A stretch of 64,000 bases of DNA from Iphione sp. A-MEVVRFRX5 (Eukaryota), in assembly GCA_976226885.1 (NCBI GenBank), contig OZ320323.1, positions 34,410,001 through 34,474,000 of the forward strand, written 5' to 3'. The translations under genes were made by a program, and so were the position numbers. The notes under the pieces are model-generated. The model was not told where the DNA came from and did not search any database. It saw only the letters and a program-made list of their open reading frames with translations. Of this stretch, positions 11,633 through 22,996 are shown piece by piece (position 1 is the first letter of the stretch; every line of letters starts with the position of its first letter).

Positions 11633-13549
11633 TATACCAAAGTGATCCATTTCACGTACTGAGGTGTGAGATGGTTATGGCAGAGAATCTTTTGGTGCCA
11701 GTTTGTGATGCTGTAAATAGACTGTGACACTGAAATAATAGCTCACCCTACAGGCTACTCAACTCGGAGGGAAACTCAGAACTTATATACAAAAATGAAC
11801 ACATTTTTTCACGAATGGCAACAATGCATTCAGTATGGAACTAGCTAGTGTCTCCACTAGTTGCATTAGATGTTTTTTTATTGGAATAGTCTATGAACCG
11901 GCTGTAACCAGATGTAGGGGGTAGCACCAAAGACTGCTGCACTAATTGTCTGCTTATGACATTACCTGCAGAGGTGTGGGCCACAGTGGAGCCAGCCTTG
12001 TTAGGACAGTACAATATATACCGCTTTTAACTATTCATGAAGTTCTGGCAGATTTACTGCTTTGCTATGAATATTTATTTAAGATTTTGATTGATATCAT
12101 TTACAATTTATGTTATGCTGTAGGTAACTTTATATTCTCATGAATACATGAACATGAGTCAAATCATTCATGAAGTTTTTAGTTTCAGACATGTGATTTA
12201 TGATCTGGATTCCTAAGCCCAGGAACATGAAATCAACACATTAGATACATGAATTAGATGAACGAAACACATTAAGAATATTACAGCCTTTATGTTTATA
12301 ACTTCTCACATTCTAAAAGAAAGTGTATAGTTTGGGAACAAACAGGTGATAATTACATCATTATTTCAATTAGATAGTCTCATATGCCGTCATTAGGCTT
12401 GTACCTATACTGTCATTCTGTAATAAATCTCCCAGATTTGGCATTGAAGTTATCAAGTGGAAAATAAAGACGAATGAAATTATAAGTGGGACAAACTGAA
12501 TAACTGGATATATACCATCCCAGTAGAAAAGTATGTTCTAAGAAATAAAGTAATTATGATATAAAGATATTATACATCGAATTTATCATAGTCCCTGTAA
12601 GCAAGCCTTTCCCGGCCACATCCACATCTTGTTGCACCCTAAAAAACAAGTGGATCAACTTCAGCTGCAAACACAAGTAATTCATATTTTCAGAATTGTC
12701 ATAATTATTACTACTGTTTATTCGAAATGGCATTTATTCTGAAATGAAGTGAATTATTAATAGCTCTATAAAAGGTCTATAATAGCAACAAATCATAATA
12801 CCAGTATCCCATCAGGCCAACATGGGCAAACCAATCAACAGCAGTCAACAATAGACCATTGCTAGTTCGGACCCTTGATTGTTTATAGTAGATGGTACAC
12901 TGTGGCCTCAAGGGGGTGCAAAACATTCATCCAACCAATACTGCAGCCTCTTAACCAACTATTGGACCGAACAAAGCTTACCTTCTATTAAAATTACAGC
13001 CATATTACATTTAGTGCGGCTTAAGTAACCCTTTTACGTTTACCTGCTGGGTGCATTTCACTCTATGGATTGACATATTTTGATTTGGAGCGTTTGCTGG
13101 GTGCTCAGAGCTGTGATTGACATTCGGTGTGGTTCCTTTTGTCACTTCATGTCGTATTATTGTATCATGGTGATGATACATATCGCCGTCCTCCTCGACG
13201 TAGCACAGCTCATGACGAGACACGAGCATCGGCATTAATAACACAGCTTATCTCGATACCACTGCGGTGGCCAAACTGGATCTGCAGGTATGTTCGCTCC
13301 GACGGCTATGTGGCAACTAGCCCAGCGTGTGTTGAGTAGGTTATTTATATCCTCTGACACAATGGCCTGTTAGAGGTCATTACTAGGTTATTACTAGCTG
13401 ACCTATGACTGCCCTCATAGACACAATACGGTTAAGAATAAATCAAGCGCATTGGCATCAATACAGTGCATTTTAATAGCACATGAAACGTACCTCTTCC
13501 TTTTATATATGGACACTATCAATATATTTATATTTTCTTATGACGAACA

Positions 13550-14935
13550 ACGCAAATATCAGAACGGTCTGTAGGACCATGTTCCCTCAGTCTTCATTTC
13601 TTCCACCGGGGGCCCTAGTTATTGCAGGCGGGATGGTCCTCCGCGTCTAAAGCTATGAATCAAGCACTTTCACGAATCATGTCCCGGGACCTCACTAATG
13701 ATTGTTAATATACTAGTAACCATTAGGGATATAAAAGGCATCTGTTTAACCGGTTCTCTGAGCAGTACTGGTGGCCGGGGTCTTTCAGTTGGATCAATTT
13801 TACTCATCTCATCTGACGTATACGTTGGGCAGTACATTTTTTTCCTGTAACTTTGGCAGGTTTATTGCCCTCTAATTGTTCTAGCGACCGTCTTAGACCA
13901 TTTCACGTTTATAGTGGTGTAATGAACATCATTCCTTACATCTTGCCTCATTAACTGCTTCTCCACATCACACCCCACATAGCATTTCACAAACAGGTTC
14001 AATTGTCGCATCCTCGTGATTGAGTAAAAGCCTAAACAAGATGTTCATAGAGCTGAGATATGCTGCTCTGTTACTACTGCGGAATAATACTTATTCAGGT
14101 ATTTAATGTATATACAGACGTCCCTTGAGGCCTACTTGAGGTAAAGAAGTATTATAGTAAGTAAAGAAATTCATAGCTTATTTTACATTTTTTTTGTAAA
14201 GCTCGATATGGGTCACCAGGTGCATTACCATCTACTGCTAGCGTCCTGCGTCTCTCGTCAATGACTGAAGGCACATGTCTAAAAGCTCCGAATAGTAGGA
14301 TGAAAGAAACATCAAAATGAGTTGCATTAACTCTTATTATACCTGGGATTTGTTATATAAACCTTGAATATGCTGCTTTGTACTTAGGGGTATCTAACAG
14401 GTGAAATGTAAAATTGTTTCTGAGCACCTGACAATTTAGAGTGTATGCCCATGCTGCTTTCAGGGAAGCATGATACAGTTCTCCATACTCCATATCTTGA
14501 AAAATAGACATTTCATTAGATTCTCTTAAACAGCTCACAAGCCAGTGCAAATCTCTTGTAACTTCCTAGGTGATATTGCATTATGCGGATTGCTCTGCTA
14601 TGTCTTGTGTATACTGAGAAAGGATCCTCCCTATGAGGGTGCCAGTATAGAGCTCCGTATTTGACTGTTTTGGCTTGGTCAAGATGGATCTTACAGTGTA
14701 CCTAAAGGGAAAGGGTGGAACACTGCATGGGCCCGGAATGGCTTGCCGATCTAGATCCTCTTGTGTCTACTTCTCTTCTGCCCGGAGGAAATGCATAGTG
14801 GTAGAGAATGTCTTGTTTAGGTCAAATAGATTGGTTGTAACCCATGTAACCTATGGTGAAACCATAAATGTTTTGAAGCATGAAATTATCAAAATAGGTC
14901 GAGGTGCCCAGCATATCTAACCACTTTGACAATTC
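13550..14935 (-). mobile_element. Decayed, internally deleted DIRS/Ngaro-type tyrosine-recombinase retrotransposon (YR + RT N-terminal fragment)
   Basis: Minus-strand translation across stops gives YR motifs DVEKQLMRQDV...INVKWSKT (KWSKT at 13889-13903), HSFRRGG (13637-13657) and VEEMKTEGTWS. The RT N-terminus reads NIYGFTIGY and AIPGPCSVPPFP...SILTKPK (~14650-14880). The ORF track does not show it. Confidence 0.72.
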
Positions 14936-15900
14936 CAGCATGGAGACAGCTGACTTGTGATTCTAACTGATTGGAGTGGTCTGTTTTGAGGACTTAGTTA
15001 TAGATATGATAGTCTAAATCTTAAAGTTAGGAAGTCATTTTAAGCCAGGCTGATAGGTGTCGGATAGTCACAATATCAAGATGGTGAAAAGAGACGTAGA
15101 GTGTCTGCTTCGTGGACTTGTAGAATTGTAAGCAGGTGTTCCTTGCCCATCTACGTCCCTATGGTTACTACTGCTAGTCCTCATTTCTCCTACACTACGG
15201 CTGTGACTGCTGGTCCTGCTGTTTGTTCTTGCAGATGTCTCTGGAGCCTACAAATTTCTGGCTTTTTATTTAAACGACACTTCAAGCGATAAAAACCAAT
15301 GGCACAGGCATGAATTATAAGCACTGATACTTTATCTTCATATTTCTTGTCATGCTATCCTCGCAACCATTATGAACAGACTACTGCAGTTTCTTTTGTT
15401 ACAGTTTGTGAGAAGGATATTCCCACCACTGACAGCCAAGCTTTTTCCTGTCTGAAACTAAAGAATACAATGTAATTTTGACTAAAAAGCCTCACCCTTT
15501 AAAATACAATGATACTTTTGAACATTGGCAGTCTAGTAGATGAAACCTTGCTATTTCCTACAAGGTTTGAACCAAGCGTCTATCTTATATATTTCTATGT
15601 TTAGAAATACTTCAAATACGCTCAAAAGGCAATAATCAGATAATAAACTCGGCGTTAATTTGAACTAAGTTGCTCATGTACAGTCCCGTAGCCAGCTGAG
15701 AATTTGAATAAATTTTCTTTTAATTTGAATTTAAATCTCTTTAGGTTTATTTTCTGTTCTGATGGAAGGCAGACACTTCCCAGAATCCAGCAGTTCAAAT
15801 GACAGTTGCTTTCTATGATCATTTTAGTAGCACTGATCAACTACACTCTTCAAAAGAGTTGCATATATGCCCATCATAATAATGGGGAGAAGTGAAGACA

Positions 15901-16053
15901 TCAATAGGTTATTGTTCTATTGATATACTCTCCAATAAGAAAGTCAATGTCCACATGTGGTATTCTGCATTCATGGTACTCCTTGGCAAATCCAGCATAA
16001 AGAACTTTGTTCCAAGCATCCCTAACTCCCGGATAATCTACATCATCGGCAAT
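15901..16053 (-). CDS. SAM-dependent methyltransferase (Methyltransf_24-like), coding exon 2
   Basis: Acceptor tttccAG at 16054-55 opens phase-0 IADDVDYPGVRDAWNKVLYAGFAKEYHECRIPHVDIDFLIGEYINRTITY*. This supplies the DD...V..AW motif expected after exon 1 (...KQHIL). Confidence 0.88.
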   Translation of the reverse strand: MADDVDYPGVRDAWNKVLYAGFAKEYHECRIPHVDIDFLIGEYINRTITY

Positions 16054-16184
16054 CTGGAAATAGTAAATTTGTCTTTATTGCAAGCAGTGTTCTTTCCAAT
16101 GACTTAACCAGAGCAAAGGTATAAGGTATAAATAATATTATATTTTAAGTTAATAAAGTCTTGTATACTTTTTGGATAGGTAGC

Positions 16185-16258
16185 ACCACTTGAGAATTGA
16201 ACCCCAGACCTTTGGCATGAGAGGCCATCACCTAACCATCTCAGCTCAAGAGGAAACT
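16185..16258 (-). mobile_element. tRNA-derived SINE head or tRNA pseudogene in the methyltransferase intron
   Basis: Minus strand has an A-box-like TGAGCTGAGATGG (16236-16248) and a B-box-like GGTTCAATTCTC (~16192-16203) at tRNA-like spacing. A cloverleaf is not convincingly intact. Confidence 0.5.
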
Positions 16259-16621
16259 ATGCTAGCCAAGGGATATAGATTGACCTTCTGGTCTCGTTAA
16301 CTTAGCAGATACGTAAGTGTTTAGGTTTTGCACCTCTTACAGTATGCAAAAAGGTCATTATTACATTGCATATATAAAACATTGCCTTAAAGTTATTCTG
16401 GCCATGGGAAGATCTCACCCAGATGGGATTTAAGGCAGGGAAATAATTGTTCACAATTACGTATGTGTTCAGTGAAAATATTGCAAAGGAAAGTAAGCGG
16501 TGTTGAACTTGTCTTGATAATGACAGCTTTAAGGAAAAACAAGGTATGACACTGGGGTAATATCTTGGTAACTTAGTATCTATCCTTATGCTGATTTATG
16601 AACAAAGAAAATGTCAGCTGT

Positions 16622-16623
<2 letters not shown>

Positions 16624-16653
<30 letters not shown>
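16624..16653 (+). repeat. (AG)15 microsatellite
   Basis: Read directly. Confidence 0.98.
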
Positions 16654-16655
<2 letters not shown>

Positions 16656-17259
16656 ACCCACAAAATACCACTTAAAAATTGGCGAGTTTATACTTTGAAT
16701 TGGTTGGTTTATATTGCAAATAGGCAGGTTTACATGTACTACCTGCTGCCCTCTGCCTTTCTGGTGTGGTAAGTTCTGCCACAAATGCTACTGATAAGCA
16801 GGTTTATATAGGAAAAAGTGCTGTATAGTTTAATCATCTTTCAAATATTTGGTCCTTAGCAGAACACATGAAGAAAAACGTAGGTAAAAGCACAGTCAAT
16901 GATGAGAACTTGACTCCTCACTGTGGCAAGGCTGCAGGGGAGTAGAGTATTTATCAACTGAAGAGACTAATTGACTATCAACAGATGTATTTAGGTAGTT
17001 TGTTTTGTCTAGGGCAAATCAATTATTGACTGTCACAATTCAGAATGCTTTAGAAGTTGTTTTTTTACATTTCTTCACGAAATAATAGTTTAATTCATTC
17101 TAAATTACCTTTTCCGCGTGCGGTGTCACACATGCAGTGTCTTAGTTGCCTTTGTTGTCATCTTAGGATGAATTTAATTTGACCTATAGCTGCTTGTCTC
17201 ATGAGCTCAGCAATAATTCATTCAGAAATATACAAAATAGATACATTAAGTAAACTCAC

Positions 17260-17982
17260 CAGGATATGTTGCTTTTTTGCTAACTTCTCCATGTTGATGA
17301 AGTCTGCGTATACAACAGGAAATTTATGACCGCCATCAATTGATATGATATCACACTTTTTACCGCTCTCTGCATATTTGGGTACCGTGTTCCTTGAGTC
17401 TCCTTCAATATAGTCAAACCTGCCTGAGAAGAGTTCCTTGATAACTTTTACTGCTGGGGGGGTATGTTTCGCAGTTCCAATATCAAAAGAAACTAATTTG
17501 AGGTCATCACGGGCAGTCAACCAAGCAAGTGCACTTTGCCCCTTGTTAAAGCCAATCTCACAAACAATTGGAGAATAAGCGAATGTGCTGGCTTGTCGAG
17601 CTAATTCCTGGTAAACAAGTGTCAACTTGATATTTTCTGGGGCGAATCCCCCCTTGACTTTCATTGCATTTAATTTTGGTCGCAATTCAGTATATTTAGA
17701 TGTCCGTTCAATGGTCTTTGATGTAGGAGTCGTGAATAAATTACGACAATCATCGGCCCCAATTTCAGGGATGAAATGAAGAATCTTGTCCAGGTCCAGG
17801 CCACATGGAGAAGTGAAACGTGGCCTTTTAAGCACCACCTTATCTCTAGAATTTGTCTGCATCGATATCAATTGCTGAACCGCTCTTCCCGTCCCTTCCT
17901 GGGAAAGTTTTACAGAATAAAGACAGACTAAAATTAAAACAACTCCCACGAGGTAGCCAATCGGACCACGACTGCTCGTCAT
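17260..17982 (-). CDS. SAM-dependent methyltransferase (class I, Methyltransf_24-like) with N-terminal signal anchor, coding exon 1
   Basis: The N-terminus is hydrophobic (IGYLVGVVLILVCLYSV). Motifs: CEIGFNKGQSAL (motif I), VSFDIG, YIEGDS, DIISIDGGH. Donor GTGAGT at 17259 gives 723 bp (phase 0); the joined CDS is 291 aa. Confidence 0.9.
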
Positions 17983-20224
17983 CGTAGCTTAATGTAGATC
18001 ATCTACAGGTGTCTCTGTAAAGAATAGGAAATGCAGACAAGGATACAATGCAGTATATAGAACAACTTCTCTGTTGCAACACTACTTGTTAACAAATGAT
18101 TAAGACTGTAATAGTGAGTGTACTGGAATAGTTCGGGGTTTTTACACTATATTCACTCTGTACCAGGTCAGTTTGGTCCAAAAGCGAAGGTCCTGGAATC
18201 GTGAGGTGTCGCAATAGTGACGATATACTTATCACAATTCATGTGTGAAAGAATGCAGTATATTTTATGACTGCCTATACAGCAATGCAATATTATTTAT
18301 ATATTTTATGTCCGTTTGTCGATATATCTAACCGAAGTAACCTAGTTTAATTAACCAATCGGTGAAAAATAGGCTCACATACCAAACTGCGGCACAGATA
18401 ACATGTAGATATGATGAAAAATGAGGCAAGCTTTCCCCTATGTAAACAGAGTTGAGATCCGTGAAAGAGACCAAGCTTGGGACTGGCCACTTTTTGGTCT
18501 TCCCCATGGTTTTGGCACAATGGGAGTCGTATATTTAAACATAGACTGATCTTTGGGTCTTACGAACCTTGTTCTTTCCCGTGGTCTGCTCTTTATCCGG
18601 CTCCCTGCCATGCATACATTGCTTACATTGGATGTTGACAATGAAACTCAGTAAGGCTGGTTTTACATGTATCCGTTGACTACAAACAGTGCATTGTGCA
18701 TAAACCCCGTATCGATTGCATGATATTATAAGCTCCACATGGGTACCAGATGTCCCACACAGTGCATTTTCGAGGAGAAGTGAATCTGGTTGCGTGACCC
18801 TACGAGAGTGGTTCAAGAAAGGCTGATGGATGCATACCCTCATGTGCAAATGTGAATAAGCTAATTGATTTCAATATCCCTTCAGTATTACAAACATGCC
18901 CCTTTTTTTAGGCCATCTCGCAGCTTAGTCACGTTATACTAATTTCTTTCTTCTGTGACTAAGTTGCTTGTGCCCCGATTGATGCTGTTTCATTAGACCA
19001 CATTGAAATTTATAGAGGAAGATCGTTTAATCAGACTGTAATTTACACAACATAGCATCCTCTGTCTGTTGCATAGAATAACGGTCATATGATAGTTATA
19101 GGGCCTTCAATAATCTACAGGTCAATGCTTCACGCTGTGGTAGGTTGACCATCTGCGGCCACGTTGATTCTACTTTCAAACAATATACTGTAGGTCGCGT
19201 ATAACCTCTCATACCAGCACACTGTGGTCATTCTGTCTTTGTTGCATGTCATTTTTAAAATACAAGGTATTAATAGGAAACTTCAAAGGTGGAAAGATTC
19301 CAAAGAGCTGACGTATCACTAGATCTCATTGAACTGAAACCTTATACGGCACAGTGTGCGGTATTATGAAAGGAACGCTGCACGGCTAGCAATGGGTGGT
19401 ATAAGCAAGGTTTATCGTGACAGGTGTATCGCATCGTAACAGGTGGGATCTGTCTCTCTCTCTCTTTGATCGCTTTATACAATACCCACATCCTATGGGC
19501 CCATACAGCGGATATGTCTGAAAAGGTATCAACAAGTGAAACCACTGGACCGGAGACTGTTTCATTTTTCAAACTCTCGATAGCCCCATTTCAAAGTAGA
19601 GAACTCCATTAAGCTGTAGGTTACGTCTAAGGGAAACACATACATTTTTAGTAAGTATTATTGACATTCTCAATGGTCGAAGATTAGAGATTAATGCTGG
19701 ATTAGAGACCTTAGTGTCAGATTGGCAGACTGATTATTTGTTAAGTCTATTGAATAGGAGCTGCGCATGGATAACCTAGTCTGTGTCAGCATCTGAGACG
19801 ATACGGGTGGGTATTTCTAGCGACAATTCCTACGGTATTATCATAGTCTAATCTCCAATATTCAGTACAGTGTAGTAGATTATGTATTTATGGTGACACA
19901 GGCTTCACTACGTGTGTAAATATGTGTACGATATGGAACACGATAAGATTTTATAGGATTGAAGAAAATCACGTATTCATCTAAAATTAACGTGTTTATG
20001 TGCGCTGCCTCTGCATCCTATGTATTAGGTTGTTCCATCTTAGCTGGCTCCTTTCCCATCCTATCCCGTTGTGCCCTACTGTCTTGCTCGGATAATGTAT
20101 ATAATGTACCTGTATTTGCACACCAGTTCACCATGTATCCCAGGATCTAGTCAAAAGATAAATACTATGGCACCTGTTATATCAACAATGTTCAACATCT
20201 TCAGCTCAAGGTCTCTTTAGGATT

Positions 20225-20812
20225 GCTAACCTAACCAACAAGAAATATAAATGTTTATTATACAGGAGTTAAATTGAGCCATTATCTTGTTACATGTTGA
20301 TAACTTGGTCAACAACAAAAGGAAATATTAAAAAAGGTTCAAGTGGTTATGAACAAAATACTTAGAAAGCTGTTTAATTTTGATCGCTATAAATCGAACA
20401 GAGAAATATATATGATTCACCAACAATTGGAACTGGATTATGTTACTTAGAGGTTACAAGGCAATGAACAACAGATTGCCAGATTTTGAAATGGAACAAT
20501 ATAAAAGGAGAGAAAGTGATGTATATACTAGGTAGTCAGAATTTTACAAGTTCAATGTAGTATTAGTTTAAAAAAAAAGATGCAAATAGCTAAAACAACT
20601 GTATATAGAATAACAAATTTTTTGGGACAAACAAAAACCTGAACCTGATCCTGGGATAGACAATGAACATTTCAAGGTTTATGCTAAGAATTTACTTTTG
20701 GACAAAGACAGTACAATGTGAACTTGTACATTAGCAGTTAGGAGTCTAAACCGACCTTCTTGCGGTCGACCTCCATGTACTGAGTGAATAAATAATAATA
20801 AAAAATAATAAT
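20225..20812 (+). mobile_element. Old 5'-truncated CR1/L2-type LINE 3' end
   Basis: Decayed post-RT coding (VQVVMNKILRKLFNFDRY), a 3' stem-loop CGACC-ttcttgc-GGTCG (20752-20768) and an (AAT)n-like tail (20787-20812). Confidence 0.55.
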
Positions 20813-21167
20813 GTCTTCTAGCCATATCCCATCCTATATATTGGCATATACTTCAATACTGTATACACATGCTGATTAACACTCATATGGACACGTAGCG
20901 GCACAATAGTTTACATCGACTCCTCGTTTTCCTCCTCGCGCTTACAAATTTCCTACATGCAAACATACGCACATGATTCTGAGGGAATTATATGTAATGT
21001 GGAGTGTTCCTAATCTGTACAGAATTTCCTACCACTATCGTAGACAATCGAGAGAGTTGGTGTAAGCAGGAAGCCATACGACATCTAAAAAGAACTGGAT
21101 TTACTAAGGATCAGAAAATCATCTCCAACTCCTCGCTCTTTTTGACCGTCCTACTAGATCACGGGCC

Positions 21168-21392
21168 ATGCAGAACAACACGCAGCATCCAAGCAGCGAC
21201 AAAGAGGTGGGGGCCTATTCGGGCCGGTTTCTACCGGAGACAGACACCGGGGAGCAGGAACTACTAAGGAACATTACCAAAGAGACTGAAGTTGAGAAGA
21301 AGAAGCAGAAGCATCCAGCGAAGACCCTTGTAACAAGTACGCCGGTTCGAGTAGCTCAGACGTTGGTACTTTATGCTGGTTTCTTCTCCTTG
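21168..21392 (+). CDS. MFSD4/FucP-like MFS transporter, coding exon 1
   Basis: gccATG at 21168; the ORF ends ...RVAQTLVLYAGFFSL at donor GTGAGT (21393, phase 0). It joins in frame to GITGAIVGPTLLDL at 40273, completing the TM1 motif of MFSD4-like proteins. Confidence 0.78.
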
Positions 21393-22676
21393 GTGAGTAA
21401 CTCATCATCATAAATTATGCTTTATATTATGGCCTCTCTACGAAACCAAGTAGTGATATCTTTTCCTATTGGGGACAACTACCTCCAGGTAAACTATTCA
21501 TGGATGAACTACTTCTGTGATTATCTTAAATAAATTGCATTTGAGGACACAAAAATGCTGTATTTCATGCTTTTTCTTTAGAGAGATTTGTTCTGCAAAA
21601 TTCCAACCAAAATTAATAGCCTCCGACTTGCTTTCTATTTAATTAGTCATCTACAACATCCAACTAGGGTAGCCAAAAGTATTTATGCTTAGAACTCTAG
21701 GATTCAAATCACCATAGCTATAGTGTCATACATTAAACAAACGCTAACTAGATAATCTGTTTCCTCGCGTTTAAATACCCTACATCGTTTTAACATGATA
21801 ACCATGAAACCATATTTTACAGTCCAACAGTTCAAGTGCTGTCTAATTTGTAAGCATTACTCTACCGCTATGCTACCTCAAAAATGTCACACAGGTACTT
21901 TGATAAACCCTCCGCGATTGGGAGTTCCCACGTTCTCCAGTAGCTGTTTTTACTTTACAAATAAGTAACTATTCACCGGAAATTTCTTGAATAACGCTTA
22001 ATGCTATATCGAGATGAATCTTTCATGTTCATGCCCAAGTTCAAGTGATTTATTGCCATCTCCATTTACAGATACAGAGCTGTCCAGAGCAATAAGAAAC
22101 AAATGAAGGTATAACTATCAATCAATACAGAGGCACAATAATAGATCAGAATACATCACAACAGAGTAGTTTGGCATTGCGAGGCTATAATTCAAATAAT
22201 ATAAGACATCATAGCTAGTCAATTAGGCAATTACAAAAGTTTCAATTTATACAAATACAATGACACGGTAAGTAGAGACGTCCATGGTAAATGTTAATTG
22301 TGAAGCTCGGATGAGCTGTTACGAAATGCATGCATTCTGTACACTCGGTTCAATTCTGGATCTATCGCATATATATACGTGTAGGGTATAAACAGGGACA
22401 CTGTAGATAATGATACATGCTAGTAAAAAGGAGGTAGCACGAACGAAATTTCATTTAACTCACAGCATTATACTGAAATACATGTGTAGCCTTTTCAAGT
22501 TATCATCAGTGAACACAAAGGACTATGACTCGAAGCATTTACATTCAGTTAACCCTTTCTGGGCCAGTATCGACCGCACAAATCCTTGAACTTGACGTGA
22601 TTTTTTACAAGAAGTTATCTGTGAGTGAGTGTGATGTGTGTGCTTTACAGTACTCGACCTCACCTAGGAGTGATAA

Positions 22677-22996
22677 GGCTAAATAAAATATCTGTGTTTC
22701 AGTAGCATGTTGCTAAATTGTAGCGTTTATAGGTATATGTTTTGTTCTGTTATATATAAAAATGTAAAGTTCAAAAAGCTACTACTTTCTAAGCTTATAA
22801 CTATCACTTCTACTCCATTCATTTTGCTGACATGAATATCATGAAAACCTAATGATCTGAAGACCAAAACGTGTATTGTATACGTTTGTAGTATTATTCA
22901 TTGCCTAGCTATTGGCAAAACAATAATAAAAACAATGTTCCAACAGGCCAAAAGTAGAGTCGGTCACGCTACTGGAAACAGATATTTTTATGGGCC
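22677..22996. mobile_element. Non-autonomous TIR element (PIF/Harbinger Tourist-like MITE), related to 9592-9917
   Basis: TIR GGCTAAATAAAATATCTGTGTTTCAGTAGCATG vs GGCCCATAAAAATATCTGTTTCCAGTAGCGTG; perfect TAA TSD (22674-76, 22997-99). Confidence 0.75.

Noticed and set aside
16185-16258. Functional tRNA gene (also 50610-50690)
   Set aside because: A and B boxes are present, but acceptor and anticodon stems do not pair convincingly. Both are treated as SINE heads or pseudogenes.
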